Source: Promethearchaeota archaeon (GTDB taxonomy: Archaea > Asgardarchaeota > Lokiarchaeia > Sigyniarchaeales > SOKP01). Taken from it: 64,000 nt of DNA. Location: NCBI GenBank assembly GCA_019058445.1, contig JAHPZA010000009.1, positions 320,001 through 384,000 on the forward strand. The letters run 5' to 3'. The translations under genes were made by a program, and so were the position numbers. The notes under the pieces were generated by a model. That model was given only the letters and a program-made list of their open reading frames with translations, searched no databases and was not told the DNA's origin. Positions 17,915 to 27,998 of the stretch are shown one piece after another (within the stretch, counting starts at the first letter, position 1; the number at the start of each line of letters is the position of its first letter).

Positions 17915-20590
17915 TTACAAACTCTCTTTTAAGATATTCCTTAAAACTGTATGTAAAATTCCTCCATTCTTATAATATTCGATATCAACAGGAGTATCTA
18001 ATCTCGCAACTACTTTAAAAGTTTTTTCTTGTCCATTATCAGATTTAGCAATAACAGTCAACTCCCCTTGCGGGACTATTTCTTTAATCCCTAATATTTC
18101 ATAGGTTTCATTACCTATAAGTCCTAATGAATTTGCATTCTCACCATCTTTAAATTGAAGAGGTAAAACTCCCATTCCGACAAGATTACTTCTATGAATT
18201 CTTTCAAATGATTCAGCTAACACAGCTTTAATGCCTAATAATTGTGTTCCCTTTGCTGCCCAATCCCTTGAACTGCCCATGCCATAATCACCGCCCGCAA
18301 GGATTAATAACGGAATACCTTTCTTTTCATAGTCCATAGCCGCATCATAGATAGGAACTACAGTCCCCGATATATGATTAATGGTCCATCCTCCTTCTTT
18401 ATCCACGAGTTTATTTCTAATTCTTATATTTCCAAATGTACCTCGCATCATTACTTCATGATTTCCCCTTCTTGATCCAAATGAATTGAAATCTTTCACA
18501 TCTATTCCTTTTGAAATTAGATATTGCCCTGCGGGCATATCTTCTGGAATGGCTCCAGCCGGAGAGATGTGATCAGTTGTAACACTTACCCCCAATAATG
18601 CTAGTACTTTAGAGTTTTGAATGTTCTCCAAGGGGGGTTCATGAATTGGAAAATCTAGAAAAAATGGAGGTTCACGAATATATGTTGATTTTTCATCCCA
18701 CTTATACACCTCATCTTCAGGAGGATTGAGTTGATTCCAAAGATCCCATCCTTTAAAAATTTCACTATATTCCTTAGTAAATAAATCAGGACCGACAAAT
18801 TCATTAGTTAATTTTCTGATTTCATCGGCACTTGGCCAAATATCTTTTAAATATACGGGGTTATCGCTTTTATCTACACCTAATGGATCCTGGTACAAAT
18901 TTATCGCAACCGTACCTGCCAAAGCAAATGCTACAACCAGAGGAGGAGAAGCGAGATAGTTTGCTCTTACATGAGGACTAATCCGACCTTCAAAATTTCT
19001 ATTACCACTTAACACCGCAGCGGCAACGAGATCATGTTTATTTATTTCCTTAACAAACTCATCCTTTAAAGGACCACTATTTCCAATACAAGTTGTGCAT
19101 CCATAACCCACTAAATTAAATCCTAATTGTTCGAGGTAGGACATTAGACCTGAATTTTTCATATAATCAGTTACCACTCGGGACCCTGGTGCGAAACTAG
19201 TCTTTACATGATTAGGGACTTTTAAACCTCTTTCTAATGCATTTCTAGCTAACAAACCTGCTCCGATCATTACCGAAGGATTAGATGTATTGGTGCATGA
19301 TGTAATAGCAGCAATTATTACTGCCCCATGATTTAATTTATCCCCTCTGGAAATATTATTTGTTTCATTTGGTTTATTAAACATTGTTTTCATGCTCTCT
19401 AAAAATGTTTTTTTCATTTCTGGAAGCAGTATTCTGTCTTGGGGTCGCTTCGGACCTGCTAGACTTGGTTCCACCTTACTTAAATCAACTTCTATATATT
19501 CGCTAAATTCTGGCGTAGGTGATTCTTTCGAATAAAATATTCCGACTTTCTTCAAGTACTTTTCCACTAAATCAATTTGCTCATCCTTTCTCCCACTTAA
19601 TTTTAAATAATATAGAGTCTCCTCATCAACAGGAAAAAAACCCATAGTTGCCCCATATTCGGGAGACATATTGGCAATTGTTGCTCTGTCTGCTAAACTT
19701 AACTCTTTTAAGCTAGGTCCATAAAACTCAACAAACTTTCCAACAACTCCATGTTTTCTTAGGATTTGAGTAATAGTTAACACCACATCTGTTGCTGTCA
19801 CTCCAGATTTTATTTCCCCTATTAATTTAACTCCAACAACTTCAGGTATGGGCATATAATAAGGCTGACCTAAAAGAACTGCCTCTGCTTCAATACCACC
19901 CACACCCCACCCTAAAACACCTAAACTATTAATCATAGTAGTATGAGAATCTGTTCCTACTAAAGTATCTGGAAAGGAAATATTTTCTCCATTCACTTTT
20001 CTTAAATGCACTACTGAAGCTAAATACTCTAAATTAACTTGATGGCAAATACCTCGACTAGTGGGAACTACCCTAAAATTATTAAATACGCTCTGTGCCC
20101 ATTTTAAAAATAAATATCTTTCACGATTGCGCTCCATCTCCATTTCTTCATTTTTTTGAATCGCATTTTCAGTCCCATAAAAGTCAACTTGTATAGAGTG
20201 GTCAATTACTAAATCAGCAGGTACTACAGGATTTATTCGGGAAGGATCTCCTCCAGCTCTTTCCATAGCGGAACGTAGTGCTGCTAAATCAACCATCGCT
20301 GGAACACCCGTAAAATCTTGAAGGAGAACTCGAGATGGTATATACGGAATTTCCACTACATTATCACTATTTGGTACCCAGTTTAATAGGGCGAGAACAT
20401 GATCTTTAGTAATAAGCTCATCATCTAAATTTCTTACCATATTTTCTAGCAAAATTCGGAGAGAATAAGGTAATCTACTAATGTCTCCTAAATCTAAATC
20501 TTTTAATTTTTGAATATTATATATTGCAGTAACTCCTAGCTTGGTCTCTAAATTCTGCTTTAGTTTACGTTTTAATTCAAAACCATCCAA
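17915..20590 (-). CDS. acnA: Aconitate hydratase A
   Basis: LLQDFTGVPA.VDLA, DHSIQVD, GTDSHT, AAITSCTNTSNP, GYGCTTCIGNSG, GSSRDWAAKG. Confidence 0.97.
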   Translation of the reverse strand: MDGFELKRKLKQNLETKLGVTAIYNIQKLKDLDLGDISRLPYSLRILLENMVRNLDDELITKDHVLALLNWVPNSDNVVEIPYIPSRVLLQDFTGVPAMVDLAALRSAMERAGGDPSRINPVVPADLVIDHSIQVDFYGTENAIQKNEEMEMERNRERYLFLKWAQSVFNNFRVVPTSRGICHQVNLEYLASVVHLRKVNGENISFPDTLVGTDSHTTMINSLGVLGWGVGGIEAEAVLLGQPYYMPIPEVVGVKLIGEIKSGVTATDVVLTITQILRKHGVVGKFVEFYGPSLKELSLADRATIANMSPEYGATMGFFPVDEETLYYLKLSGRKDEQIDLVEKYLKKVGIFYSKESPTPEFSEYIEVDLSKVEPSLAGPKRPQDRILLPEMKKTFLESMKTMFNKPNETNNISRGDKLNHGAVIIAAITSCTNTSNPSVMIGAGLLARNALERGLKVPNHVKTSFAPGSRVVTDYMKNSGLMSYLEQLGFNLVGYGCTTCIGNSGPLKDEFVKEINKHDLVAAAVLSGNRNFEGRISPHVRANYLASPPLVVAFALAGTVAINLYQDPLGVDKSDNPVYLKDIWPSADEIRKLTNEFVGPDLFTKEYSEIFKGWDLWNQLNPPEDEVYKWDEKSTYIREPPFFLDFPIHEPPLENIQNSKVLALLGVSVTTDHISPAGAIPEDMPAGQYLISKGIDVKDFNSFGSRRGNHEVMMRGTFGNIRIRNKLVDKEGGWTINHISGTVVPIYDAAMDYEKKGIPLLILAGGDYGMGSSRDWAAKGTQLLGIKAVLAESFERIHRSNLVGMGVLPLQFKDGENANSLGLIGNETYEILGIKEIVPQGELTVIAKSDNGQEKTFKVVARLDTPVDIEYYKNGGILHTVLRNILKESL

Positions 20591-20651
20591 TTATATCACT
20601 TAACAATTTCTCTATTAAATTGAATAAGATTAAAAATAATATTTAAATCTG

Positions 20652-21923
20652 TTATCTTTCGTGCATTGTTATATAATTCTTATCAAGCTCACCTATATAA
20701 CGAAGTCGAGGTCTGATAAGTTTATTATCCGAAAGCTGTTCAATTGCATGAGCGACCCATCCTGCACTTCTTGACGCAGCAAATAAAGGGGTAAATAAGG
20801 GCGTAGGAATTCCTAAAATATGCAAGAGCCCTGCTGAATACAAGTCCACATTAGGGTAAATTTTTTTAGTGTTTATCATATATTCAGTTAATAACTCGGT
20901 CATTTCAAAGATATTATCTATTTCTCCATGTTCCGTATCATGTACCAGATCTGGAATACTTTCAATAATTTCACCTCTTTCCCAGCGTTCCCAGAAAAAT
21001 TTTGATATTTCACGCAGAATTTTTGCTCGAGGATCCCAAGTCTTATAAACTCTGTGTCCAAATCCCATAATTTTTTCTTTGTTTTCCAATTTAGTTTTTA
21101 GCCACGGCAAGACATCCTCCTTTTTTTTTATTTCTTCCAACATCATTCTTACAACTCTCTCATTTGCACCTCCATGTAATGGGCCTCTGAGAGTACCAAT
21201 TGCACTAGTAATCCCGCTGTATATATCTGATAAAGTAGAAACAGTTACTCTACATGAGAAGGTAGATGAATTAATTGAATGATCGGCATGACAGATTAAC
21301 ACATCGTCGAAGGCCTTTTCGATATCTCCACTAGGCTCTCTCCCAGTCATCATATAATAATAATTGGCAGCGTGAGAAAGTTCTTCAGATGGTTCAATTA
21401 ATGGTAAATTAGTTTGGATCCTGTGTGAAAATGCCAATACAGTTGGAATTTTTGCGATGATTCTAATACCCTTTCGGATATTTGCCTCTTCTGTGAAGAT
21501 ATAGTCGTCAGGATCGTAAAGAGATAATGCCGAAATGGATGTACGTAATAGTTCAATCCGAGTAGTGTTCCTCGGATAACTTTTAAGAATAGTCAAAATA
21601 TTGTCGGGGATATTTCGCTCTTTGATTAATTGATCTTTGAAAGAACTTAATTGATTTTTAGATGGTAGCCGACCATAAATTAAAAGATAAGCTACCTCTT
21701 CAAATGTTGAATTATTCACTAAATCCTCAAGTGAATAACCTCTGTAATATAATTTTCCGTGATCTCCATCAATGAAAGTAATCAGGCTATCATCCACGTA
21801 TATTCCTACTAATCCTTTATATGTTTTAGAGCGATCAAGTTCACATAACTGTGATTCTTCCTCCTCATAATCCTCACATACAAAAGTATCTGGTGTTTCA
21901 CATTTACTTGGATGTTGACTCAT
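20652..21923 (-). CDS. gltA: Citrate synthase
   Basis: LYYRGY, DHSINSSTF, GPLHGGAN, GFGHRVYK..DPR, PNVD, RPRLRY. Confidence 0.93.
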   Translation of the reverse strand: MSQHPSKCETPDTFVCEDYEEEESQLCELDRSKTYKGLVGIYVDDSLITFIDGDHGKLYYRGYSLEDLVNNSTFEEVAYLLIYGRLPSKNQLSSFKDQLIKERNIPDNILTILKSYPRNTTRIELLRTSISALSLYDPDDYIFTEEANIRKGIRIIAKIPTVLAFSHRIQTNLPLIEPSEELSHAANYYYMMTGREPSGDIEKAFDDVLICHADHSINSSTFSCRVTVSTLSDIYSGITSAIGTLRGPLHGGANERVVRMMLEEIKKKEDVLPWLKTKLENKEKIMGFGHRVYKTWDPRAKILREISKFFWERWERGEIIESIPDLVHDTEHGEIDNIFEMTELLTEYMINTKKIYPNVDLYSAGLLHILGIPTPLFTPLFAASRSAGWVAHAIEQLSDNKLIRPRLRYIGELDKNYITMHER

Positions 21924-22045
21924 AATTGAAAAACCTTTTTTGTCATATTTCTTTGGTAATTTACCTTTAATGAACTTAAATTGATATTTAATTCTAATTT
22001 TTATAAAAAATTAATAGAAAAGATGTAGGAAAAAACAATAAGAAG

Positions 22046-23098
22046 TTAAACTAAAATATCTGGTGTGATCTCTGCTAAAGATTTTACACCCGTCATTTTC
22101 ATTGCTTTGGCTAAGGTTTTTTGTAGATATTCCATTTGTAATCTAACTCCCAATATTCCAGCTCCCACAGCAGCTCTTACTAAGTCTCGTCCTATGAGTA
22201 CCGCATCAGCACCTAATGCTAACATTTTTAATACATCATAACCATTTCTAATTCCTCCATCGGCTAAAATCATAATTTTGTCTTCCACCTCAGCTACAAT
22301 ATCAGGAAGTACATCAGCAGTTCCGGGTGTGTGGTCAAGTACTCGTCCTCCATGATTAGAGACCACAATGGCAGATGCTCCTACCTCAACAGCAGCTAAT
22401 GCGTCTTCACTACACATAATCCCCTTAATAATAACAGGTAATGACGTTGATTTCACTAATTCTTCAAGGTCTTCCACACTTTTACGATAAATGGGTCTAT
22501 CGTATTTCACCATGGCATAAGAACCACACCCATCGATATCTGTTCCTACAGCAATAGCTCCTGCGACTTCTGCCTTTTTAAAAAATTTAATAATAAGATC
22601 TTGATCACGGGGTTTAACAATTTTAACACCCCACCCATTTGCTTCGGCTATGGCATCAATCCCCCAAGTATTTTCTAATGAATAGGAATAAGAGTCTCCA
22701 CGCCATCCTACTGTTTTAGCTTCTTTGCACCCAAACACAACTGATCTACAAAACCCTTTTTCAGTAATTACTTCTTCACCTCCAAAGCTATTTACTCCAG
22801 CTACACTTGCTCCCATTATCGGCATTGATAATGCTCTCCCGAAAAAAAAGAATTTCGTATCAGGTTCAAAATGAGGTCCTATTACCCTCATTTTAAGCTT
22901 AATTTTTTTTAGGGCAAGAAAATTATTATGAAAGCTTGAGCCGCTTCCAACCCCTCCAATTCCAAGAGGCTTTCCATAACTATGACCCTGACATAATCTT
23001 GTATCCAGACCGTCACAATTCCTATATACTCCACAGATGCCTTTTAATTTGTCTCGTGCTTTTTCTCTAACGTCCGGAAGTGTGATATTTCCTGACAA
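22046..23098 (-). CDS. FMN-dependent alpha-hydroxy-acid dehydrogenase/oxidase family protein; substrate unknown, possibly malate
   Basis: IIKGI, VVSNHGGRVLD, ADGGIR.G.DV.KMLALGA..V.IGR; N-terminal CGVYRNCDG....LC Cys cluster. Confidence 0.88.
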   Translation of the reverse strand: MSGNITLPDVREKARDKLKGICGVYRNCDGLDTRLCQGHSYGKPLGIGGVGSGSSFHNNFLALKKIKLKMRVIGPHFEPDTKFFFFGRALSMPIMGASVAGVNSFGGEEVITEKGFCRSVVFGCKEAKTVGWRGDSYSYSLENTWGIDAIAEANGWGVKIVKPRDQDLIIKFFKKAEVAGAIAVGTDIDGCGSYAMVKYDRPIYRKSVEDLEELVKSTSLPVIIKGIMCSEDALAAVEVGASAIVVSNHGGRVLDHTPGTADVLPDIVAEVEDKIMILADGGIRNGYDVLKMLALGADAVLIGRDLVRAAVGAGILGVRLQMEYLQKTLAKAMKMTGVKSLAEITPDILV

Positions 23099-23118
23099 AT
23101 CTCATTCCACCCGTATTA

Positions 23119-24510
23119 TTAAACCATCTTTTTGGGATCTAATAAAGTATCTAAATCCTCATCAAATTCTAAGCCCATTTCCATTATCACTTCTTTGATA
23201 GTTTTTCCCTCATTGAATGCTTTTTGTGCGATTACCGAACATTTATCGTAGCCGATGTAAGGACTTAGATTTGTAACTAACATAATGAGTTTTTCTAATT
23301 GCGAATTTATTTGAATTTTATTAGCTTTCAAATCCAATAAACAATTTTCTATAAAAGATTGAATTGCATTACTTAAAATCTGAATTGAATCGAGAATATT
23401 GTATATTATAATAGGTTTACATATGTTAAGATCCAAAATGCTTCCATACCCCTCGCCAAAAGATACAATAGCATCATTTCCAAACACCTGTATGCATACT
23501 TGAATAAGAGCCTCCGATTGAGTTGGATTAGTTTTTCCAGGCATTATGGAGGATCCCGGCTCATTTTGTGGCAAAATCAATTCAGAGAGCCCCGCCCGAG
23601 GTCCGCTCCCCATCCATCTAATATCATTTGCCATTTTCATTAATGAAAGTGATAATTGTCTTAATGCCGCACTGGCATTAACAAGGGTATTATGAGAAGC
23701 GATACCTTCAGCTTTTACAGGGTTTAGCTTAATAGGGTACTTAGTAATTTCAGATAATTTTCTAACCACAATTTTCGCAAAATCTTTATGAGCATTAATT
23801 CCTGTCCCTAAAGCAGTTCCTCCTAATGGAATATAACACAACTCATCGAACACATATTTAAGTCTTTTTTCACTGATTTCAATCTGTTTTCTATAAACCT
23901 CAAATTCCAATGAAATTGGGATAGGTACAGCATCCTGTAGGTGAGTTCTTCCGACTTTAATAATCCCATTAAAATCTCTGATTTTCTGGTTCAAAGTTTC
24001 AATTAAGTTTTTAATTACTGGAAAAAGCTTATTACTCAATAAATGTAGAACTGATACATGCATAGTTGTAGGGATTACATCGTTAGAAGATTGCCCTTTA
24101 TTCACGTGATCATTAGGGTGAACTGGATACTTTTTACCCATAGGATGTCCCATTATTTCATTTGCTCTATTAGCCAGAACTTCATTCATATTCATATTGG
24201 TCTGGGTACCAGATCCTGTTTGATAAATGTCAATAGGAAATTGATCAAAATGCTTATTTTCTTCTAATATTTCTTTCATTGATAAAAGAAGTGCATCTCC
24301 AATTCCCTTTTCTACTAATTTTAACTCTAAGTTAGCTAACAAACATGTTTTTTTAACTTCTGCAAGTGAGCGAATAAAGATATCTGGAAATCTTTTTTTG
24401 CTAATTTGGAAATTTTGAATGGCTCTTTGTGTATTTATACCCCAGTAAACATTACTAGGAACATTCATTTCGCCTAAAACATCCTTTTCTTTACGAAATT
24501 CTTCATTCAT
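23119..24510 (-). CDS. fumC: Class II fumarate hydratase
   Basis: QTGSGTQTNMN, HPNDHVN.GQSSND, GRTHLQDA, GSSIMPGK.NP. Confidence 0.95.
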   Translation of the reverse strand: MNEEFRKEKDVLGEMNVPSNVYWGINTQRAIQNFQISKKRFPDIFIRSLAEVKKTCLLANLELKLVEKGIGDALLLSMKEILEENKHFDQFPIDIYQTGSGTQTNMNMNEVLANRANEIMGHPMGKKYPVHPNDHVNKGQSSNDVIPTTMHVSVLHLLSNKLFPVIKNLIETLNQKIRDFNGIIKVGRTHLQDAVPIPISLEFEVYRKQIEISEKRLKYVFDELCYIPLGGTALGTGINAHKDFAKIVVRKLSEITKYPIKLNPVKAEGIASHNTLVNASAALRQLSLSLMKMANDIRWMGSGPRAGLSELILPQNEPGSSIMPGKTNPTQSEALIQVCIQVFGNDAIVSFGEGYGSILDLNICKPIIIYNILDSIQILSNAIQSFIENCLLDLKANKIQINSQLEKLIMLVTNLSPYIGYDKCSVIAQKAFNEGKTIKEVIMEMGLEFDEDLDTLLDPKKMV

Positions 24511-25267
24511 TTTTGATCCACTTATCTCTTATATCTTTTATAGCAGTTCCGGGCATAATATTTTTAGGACAAACGCGATTACAAATAAAGAACTTCTCAC
24601 AAGCGGGTACGCCATCTTCTTTTATAATCCGCGAAACTACTTTCTGTTGCTTTTCTTTAGTTATTCGTGAATCATTTATAAATCTATCTGCCTTTGCGAG
24701 TTGGGCCGGTCCCAGATAACTTGGATTTTTATTACTAACAGGGCATGCCCAGCATAAGCCACATAGTATACAATATACTAATCTCTCAATTACTTTCATT
24801 TGGGTTGGAGATTGTTTTGATTCTGGTGCTACATCGTTCCATTCTCTTACCAAATAAGGTTCAATTTCTCGATAAAATTTCCAAAAGGGTTCCATATCTA
24901 CGACTAAATCTTTAAGAACTTTCATATTGGGCAATGGTTCAATTAAAATTTCATTCTCTTTATCCCAATATGAGTGATCTCCAAATTCAAACTCAGGTAT
25001 ATTGATTGACTTTTTCGCCGTTTTAAGTGTAGATACTTGCACTCTACATGCTAGCATAGGAACTTTATCTATTGTCATCCCACAAGAGCCACATATTGCT
25101 CCTCTACACGCATATCTAAAAGCGAGTGTAGAATCAAAATGATCTTGTATATAAAACAAAGCTTCAAGGACACTCATTCCTTTAGATATTGGAAGTTCAT
25201 ACCTTTCATAACGTATATCTCCATTTCCAGGATTTCTATAAACTAATAATTTGACATTTTTTGTCAT
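24503..25267 (-). CDS. sdhB: Succinate dehydrogenase/fumarate reductase Fe-S subunit
   Basis: CRGAICGSC...LAC (2Fe-2S), CILCGLCWAC, CEKFFICNRVCP. ATG 25267, just after the sdhA stop, is preferred to TTG 25279. Confidence 0.92.
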   Translation of the reverse strand: MTKNVKLLVYRNPGNGDIRYERYELPISKGMSVLEALFYIQDHFDSTLAFRYACRGAICGSCGMTIDKVPMLACRVQVSTLKTAKKSINIPEFEFGDHSYWDKENEILIEPLPNMKVLKDLVVDMEPFWKFYREIEPYLVREWNDVAPESKQSPTQMKVIERLVYCILCGLCWACPVSNKNPSYLGPAQLAKADRFINDSRITKEKQQKVVSRIIKEDGVPACEKFFICNRVCPKNIMPGTAIKDIRDKWIKNE

Positions 25268-25268
25268 T

Positions 25269-26981
25269 TCAATAAGCACGCTCCTTTACTTCAAATATTC
25301 CCAATATAACGGGTTTTTGTTTCAGCTCTAAACCATCTTTAGTTCTATAAACTAAAGAGTGCCAAAGAAAATTCTTATCATCTCGTTCAGGATAGTCCCA
25401 GCGGTAATGTGCACCCCTACTCTCTTTCCTCATCAAAGCAGCATATGCAGTTACTTCTGCAATATCTAACATACTTCTAAGCTCCAAAGTGCGAATAAGA
25501 CCATAATTAAATTTACGATCTGATGTTGCTATGTGTACGTCTTGAAAATCTTCTTGTAATCTTTTAAGATCCTCATACGCGTATTTAAGTTCATCTTGTT
25601 TTCGAAAAACTCCAACATATTGATTCATAATTCCTCCCATGGCCTGCCTTATTACAACTGGTTTTTTACCGCTGTTATTTTCCCATTTTTTAAATAAATC
25701 TTCAGTTTCCTTTAATACTTTATTTTCAACATTTTCTCTGATAGGTGAGGATGGTCTTGAGGGTAAGCCTTTTTCCAATAACTTTCTGCCAATGGCTCTT
25801 CCGAATACTGAAGTTTCTAATAATGAATTACCCCCTAAACGATTTGCTCCATGAACAGAAAGGCATGAACATTCCCCAACAACCCATAGTCCAGACAAAT
25901 CAGTTTCTCCAAAATCTCCTTCAAATTTTGTAGCTATCCCTCCCATACTATAATGTTGACCAGGTTGTACGGGGATTGGCTCCTCAATTGGATCTATTCC
26001 CGCAAAGTAAATACTTATCTCTCGAATCCCGGGAAGCCTTTCATTTATTTTATTCGCACCTAAATGAGTAAGATCTAGATTAACGTAAGCATTTTCGAAG
26101 CCACGCCCTTCCATGACTTCAATGTCGATTGCCCTCGCTACCATATCACGAGGTGCAAGTTCCATTGCCTTTGGGGCAGTTTTGCTCATAAATCGTTCAC
26201 CTTCATTGTTATACAAAAGCCCTCCTTCTCCGCGTGCCCCCTCGGTAATTAAAATATTTGTACCATATAAAGTTGTAGGATGGAATTGTACAAATTCACA
26301 GTCTTGCATTGGAACTCCCGCTCTGAAAGCTGCGCCATTTCCATCTCCTGTATTGATAATTGCATTTGTAGAGCTTTTAAACATTCTCCCAAATCCTCCC
26401 GTGGCGAGAATAACATACAATGATCGAAATATCACAAGTTCCCCGCTGGCAATATCAAGACAGATGACGCCAGCGATTTTATTCTCAACAACAATAAGGT
26501 CAATCAAGAAATATTCATCGAAAAATTTAACACTATTTCTAACACACTGTTCATATAAGGTATGCAAAAGTGCATGTCCAGTACGATCTCCTGCGTAACA
26601 AGTACGAGGAAAGCCAGCTCCTCCGAAAGGTCTTTGGGCAATTAAGCCAGAATCTAACCGCGAAAATGGAGCTCCCATACTCTCAAATTCAATCACAATT
26701 TTTGGAGCTTCTTCACACATAAACATTACTACGTTTTGATCAGCTAAATAGTCGGAGCCTTTAACTGTATCAAACGCATGTCCTTTCGGGGTATCATCCT
26801 TGCCAACTTCTAGATTGCCTAGAGCAGCGTTAATTCCTCCTTGAGCAGCTCCTGAATGGCTACGTACAGGATATACTTTACTAATAATCGCTACATTCCA
26901 TTGAGATGATAATTCCAAACCAGCTCTTAGGCCACTAAGTCCTGCCCCTACAATAATTACATCAAATTCTTCAATATCCAT
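25269..26981 (-). CDS. sdhA: Succinate dehydrogenase/fumarate reductase flavoprotein
   Basis: GAGLSG, RSHSGAAQGG (covalent-FAD His), QFHPT, ITEGARGEGG, ELAPRD, HYSMGG, HGANRLGGNSL, ESRGAH. Confidence 0.96.
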   Translation of the reverse strand: MDIEEFDVIIVGAGLSGLRAGLELSSQWNVAIISKVYPVRSHSGAAQGGINAALGNLEVGKDDTPKGHAFDTVKGSDYLADQNVVMFMCEEAPKIVIEFESMGAPFSRLDSGLIAQRPFGGAGFPRTCYAGDRTGHALLHTLYEQCVRNSVKFFDEYFLIDLIVVENKIAGVICLDIASGELVIFRSLYVILATGGFGRMFKSSTNAIINTGDGNGAAFRAGVPMQDCEFVQFHPTTLYGTNILITEGARGEGGLLYNNEGERFMSKTAPKAMELAPRDMVARAIDIEVMEGRGFENAYVNLDLTHLGANKINERLPGIREISIYFAGIDPIEEPIPVQPGQHYSMGGIATKFEGDFGETDLSGLWVVGECSCLSVHGANRLGGNSLLETSVFGRAIGRKLLEKGLPSRPSSPIRENVENKVLKETEDLFKKWENNSGKKPVVIRQAMGGIMNQYVGVFRKQDELKYAYEDLKRLQEDFQDVHIATSDRKFNYGLIRTLELRSMLDIAEVTAYAALMRKESRGAHYRWDYPERDDKNFLWHSLVYRTKDGLELKQKPVILGIFEVKERAY

Positions 26982-27039
26982 AAAATACCAACTATTCTAT
27001 ATATTTTAATTTGAATTATAATATAAAAAACAATATGGA

Positions 27040-27897
27040 TTAGCGAAATGTTTCTAATAATTCATTAAATTTAATTTTGTCTAATTCCCTTTTGTAGAGG
27101 GGAGTGCTGTCATTATCGTAAATCCCTACATTTTCTTCGTAAGTTTTTTTATTGGGATTAAGGTATAAAATTCCTAAAGGGAATTTTCTAGTTTCTAAAG
27201 CTTTTTCAATTGCTTTATTTTGGTCATAAGGATCATGAGAATCATCTAAATAATAAGTGTTTTGTTTATACCACTCATAGGTGTTGACCCGATTGAAAGA
27301 GACGCATGGACAAAATAAATCTATCAAGGCATATCCTTTATGTTTGATAGCTTTTTTAAGGATCTCTTTAGTTTGTTCAATATCGCCCACAAAAGCACGG
27401 GCTACAAAGGAAGCATCTAATGATATAGCTATTGCCGGTGCATTAAAAGGCTGATTATATACTCCTTTTACTTGTACCTTTGTTACAAAGCCAATTTGGC
27501 TTGTAGCAGAAGCCTGTCCCTTAGTAAGTCCATATACCTGATTATTGTGTACGATATTCACAATATCCGGATTATACCGAATCGTATGTAGAAAATGATT
27601 ACCTCCCTCACTAAAAGTGCACCCGTCTCCACTAACTGCTATGACTGTAAGTTCTGGATTGGCAGCTTTGGCTCCAAGTGCATTGGATAAATATCGCCCA
27701 TGTAGTCCATTAAAACTCTGGGATTTCATGAAATGTGGAAATTTTCCAGCTTGACCAATTCCCGATATTAAAGCAAATTCATATGGTTTTATTCCTAATT
27801 CGCTAAGGGTTTCTTTCATTATTCTAAGAGCAAGATAATTTCCACAACCTGGACACCACGAAATTTCTGCATCTCGATCAAAAATATTACTTGACAT
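27040..27897 (-). CDS. korB: 2-oxoacid:ferredoxin oxidoreductase beta subunit (probably 2-oxoglutarate by context)
   Basis: [38 protein letters not shown]. Confidence 0.9.
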   Translation of the reverse strand: MSSNIFDRDAEISWCPGCGNYLALRIMKETLSELGIKPYEFALISGIGQAGKFPHFMKSQSFNGLHGRYLSNALGAKAANPELTVIAVSGDGCTFSEGGNHFLHTIRYNPDIVNIVHNNQVYGLTKGQASATSQIGFVTKVQVKGVYNQPFNAPAIAISLDASFVARAFVGDIEQTKEILKKAIKHKGYALIDLFCPCVSFNRVNTYEWYKQNTYYLDDSHDPYDQNKAIEKALETRKFPLGILYLNPNKKTYEENVGIYDNDSTPLYKRELDKIKFNELLETFR

Positions 27898-27998
27898 TTT
27901 CTTAATTATTTTCTCGAATAATTAAGATATCTTTTACTAACGAATAAATAAATTCTTTCTTAATAGTTTATAATAAGACTTAGGACTATGAATTATAT

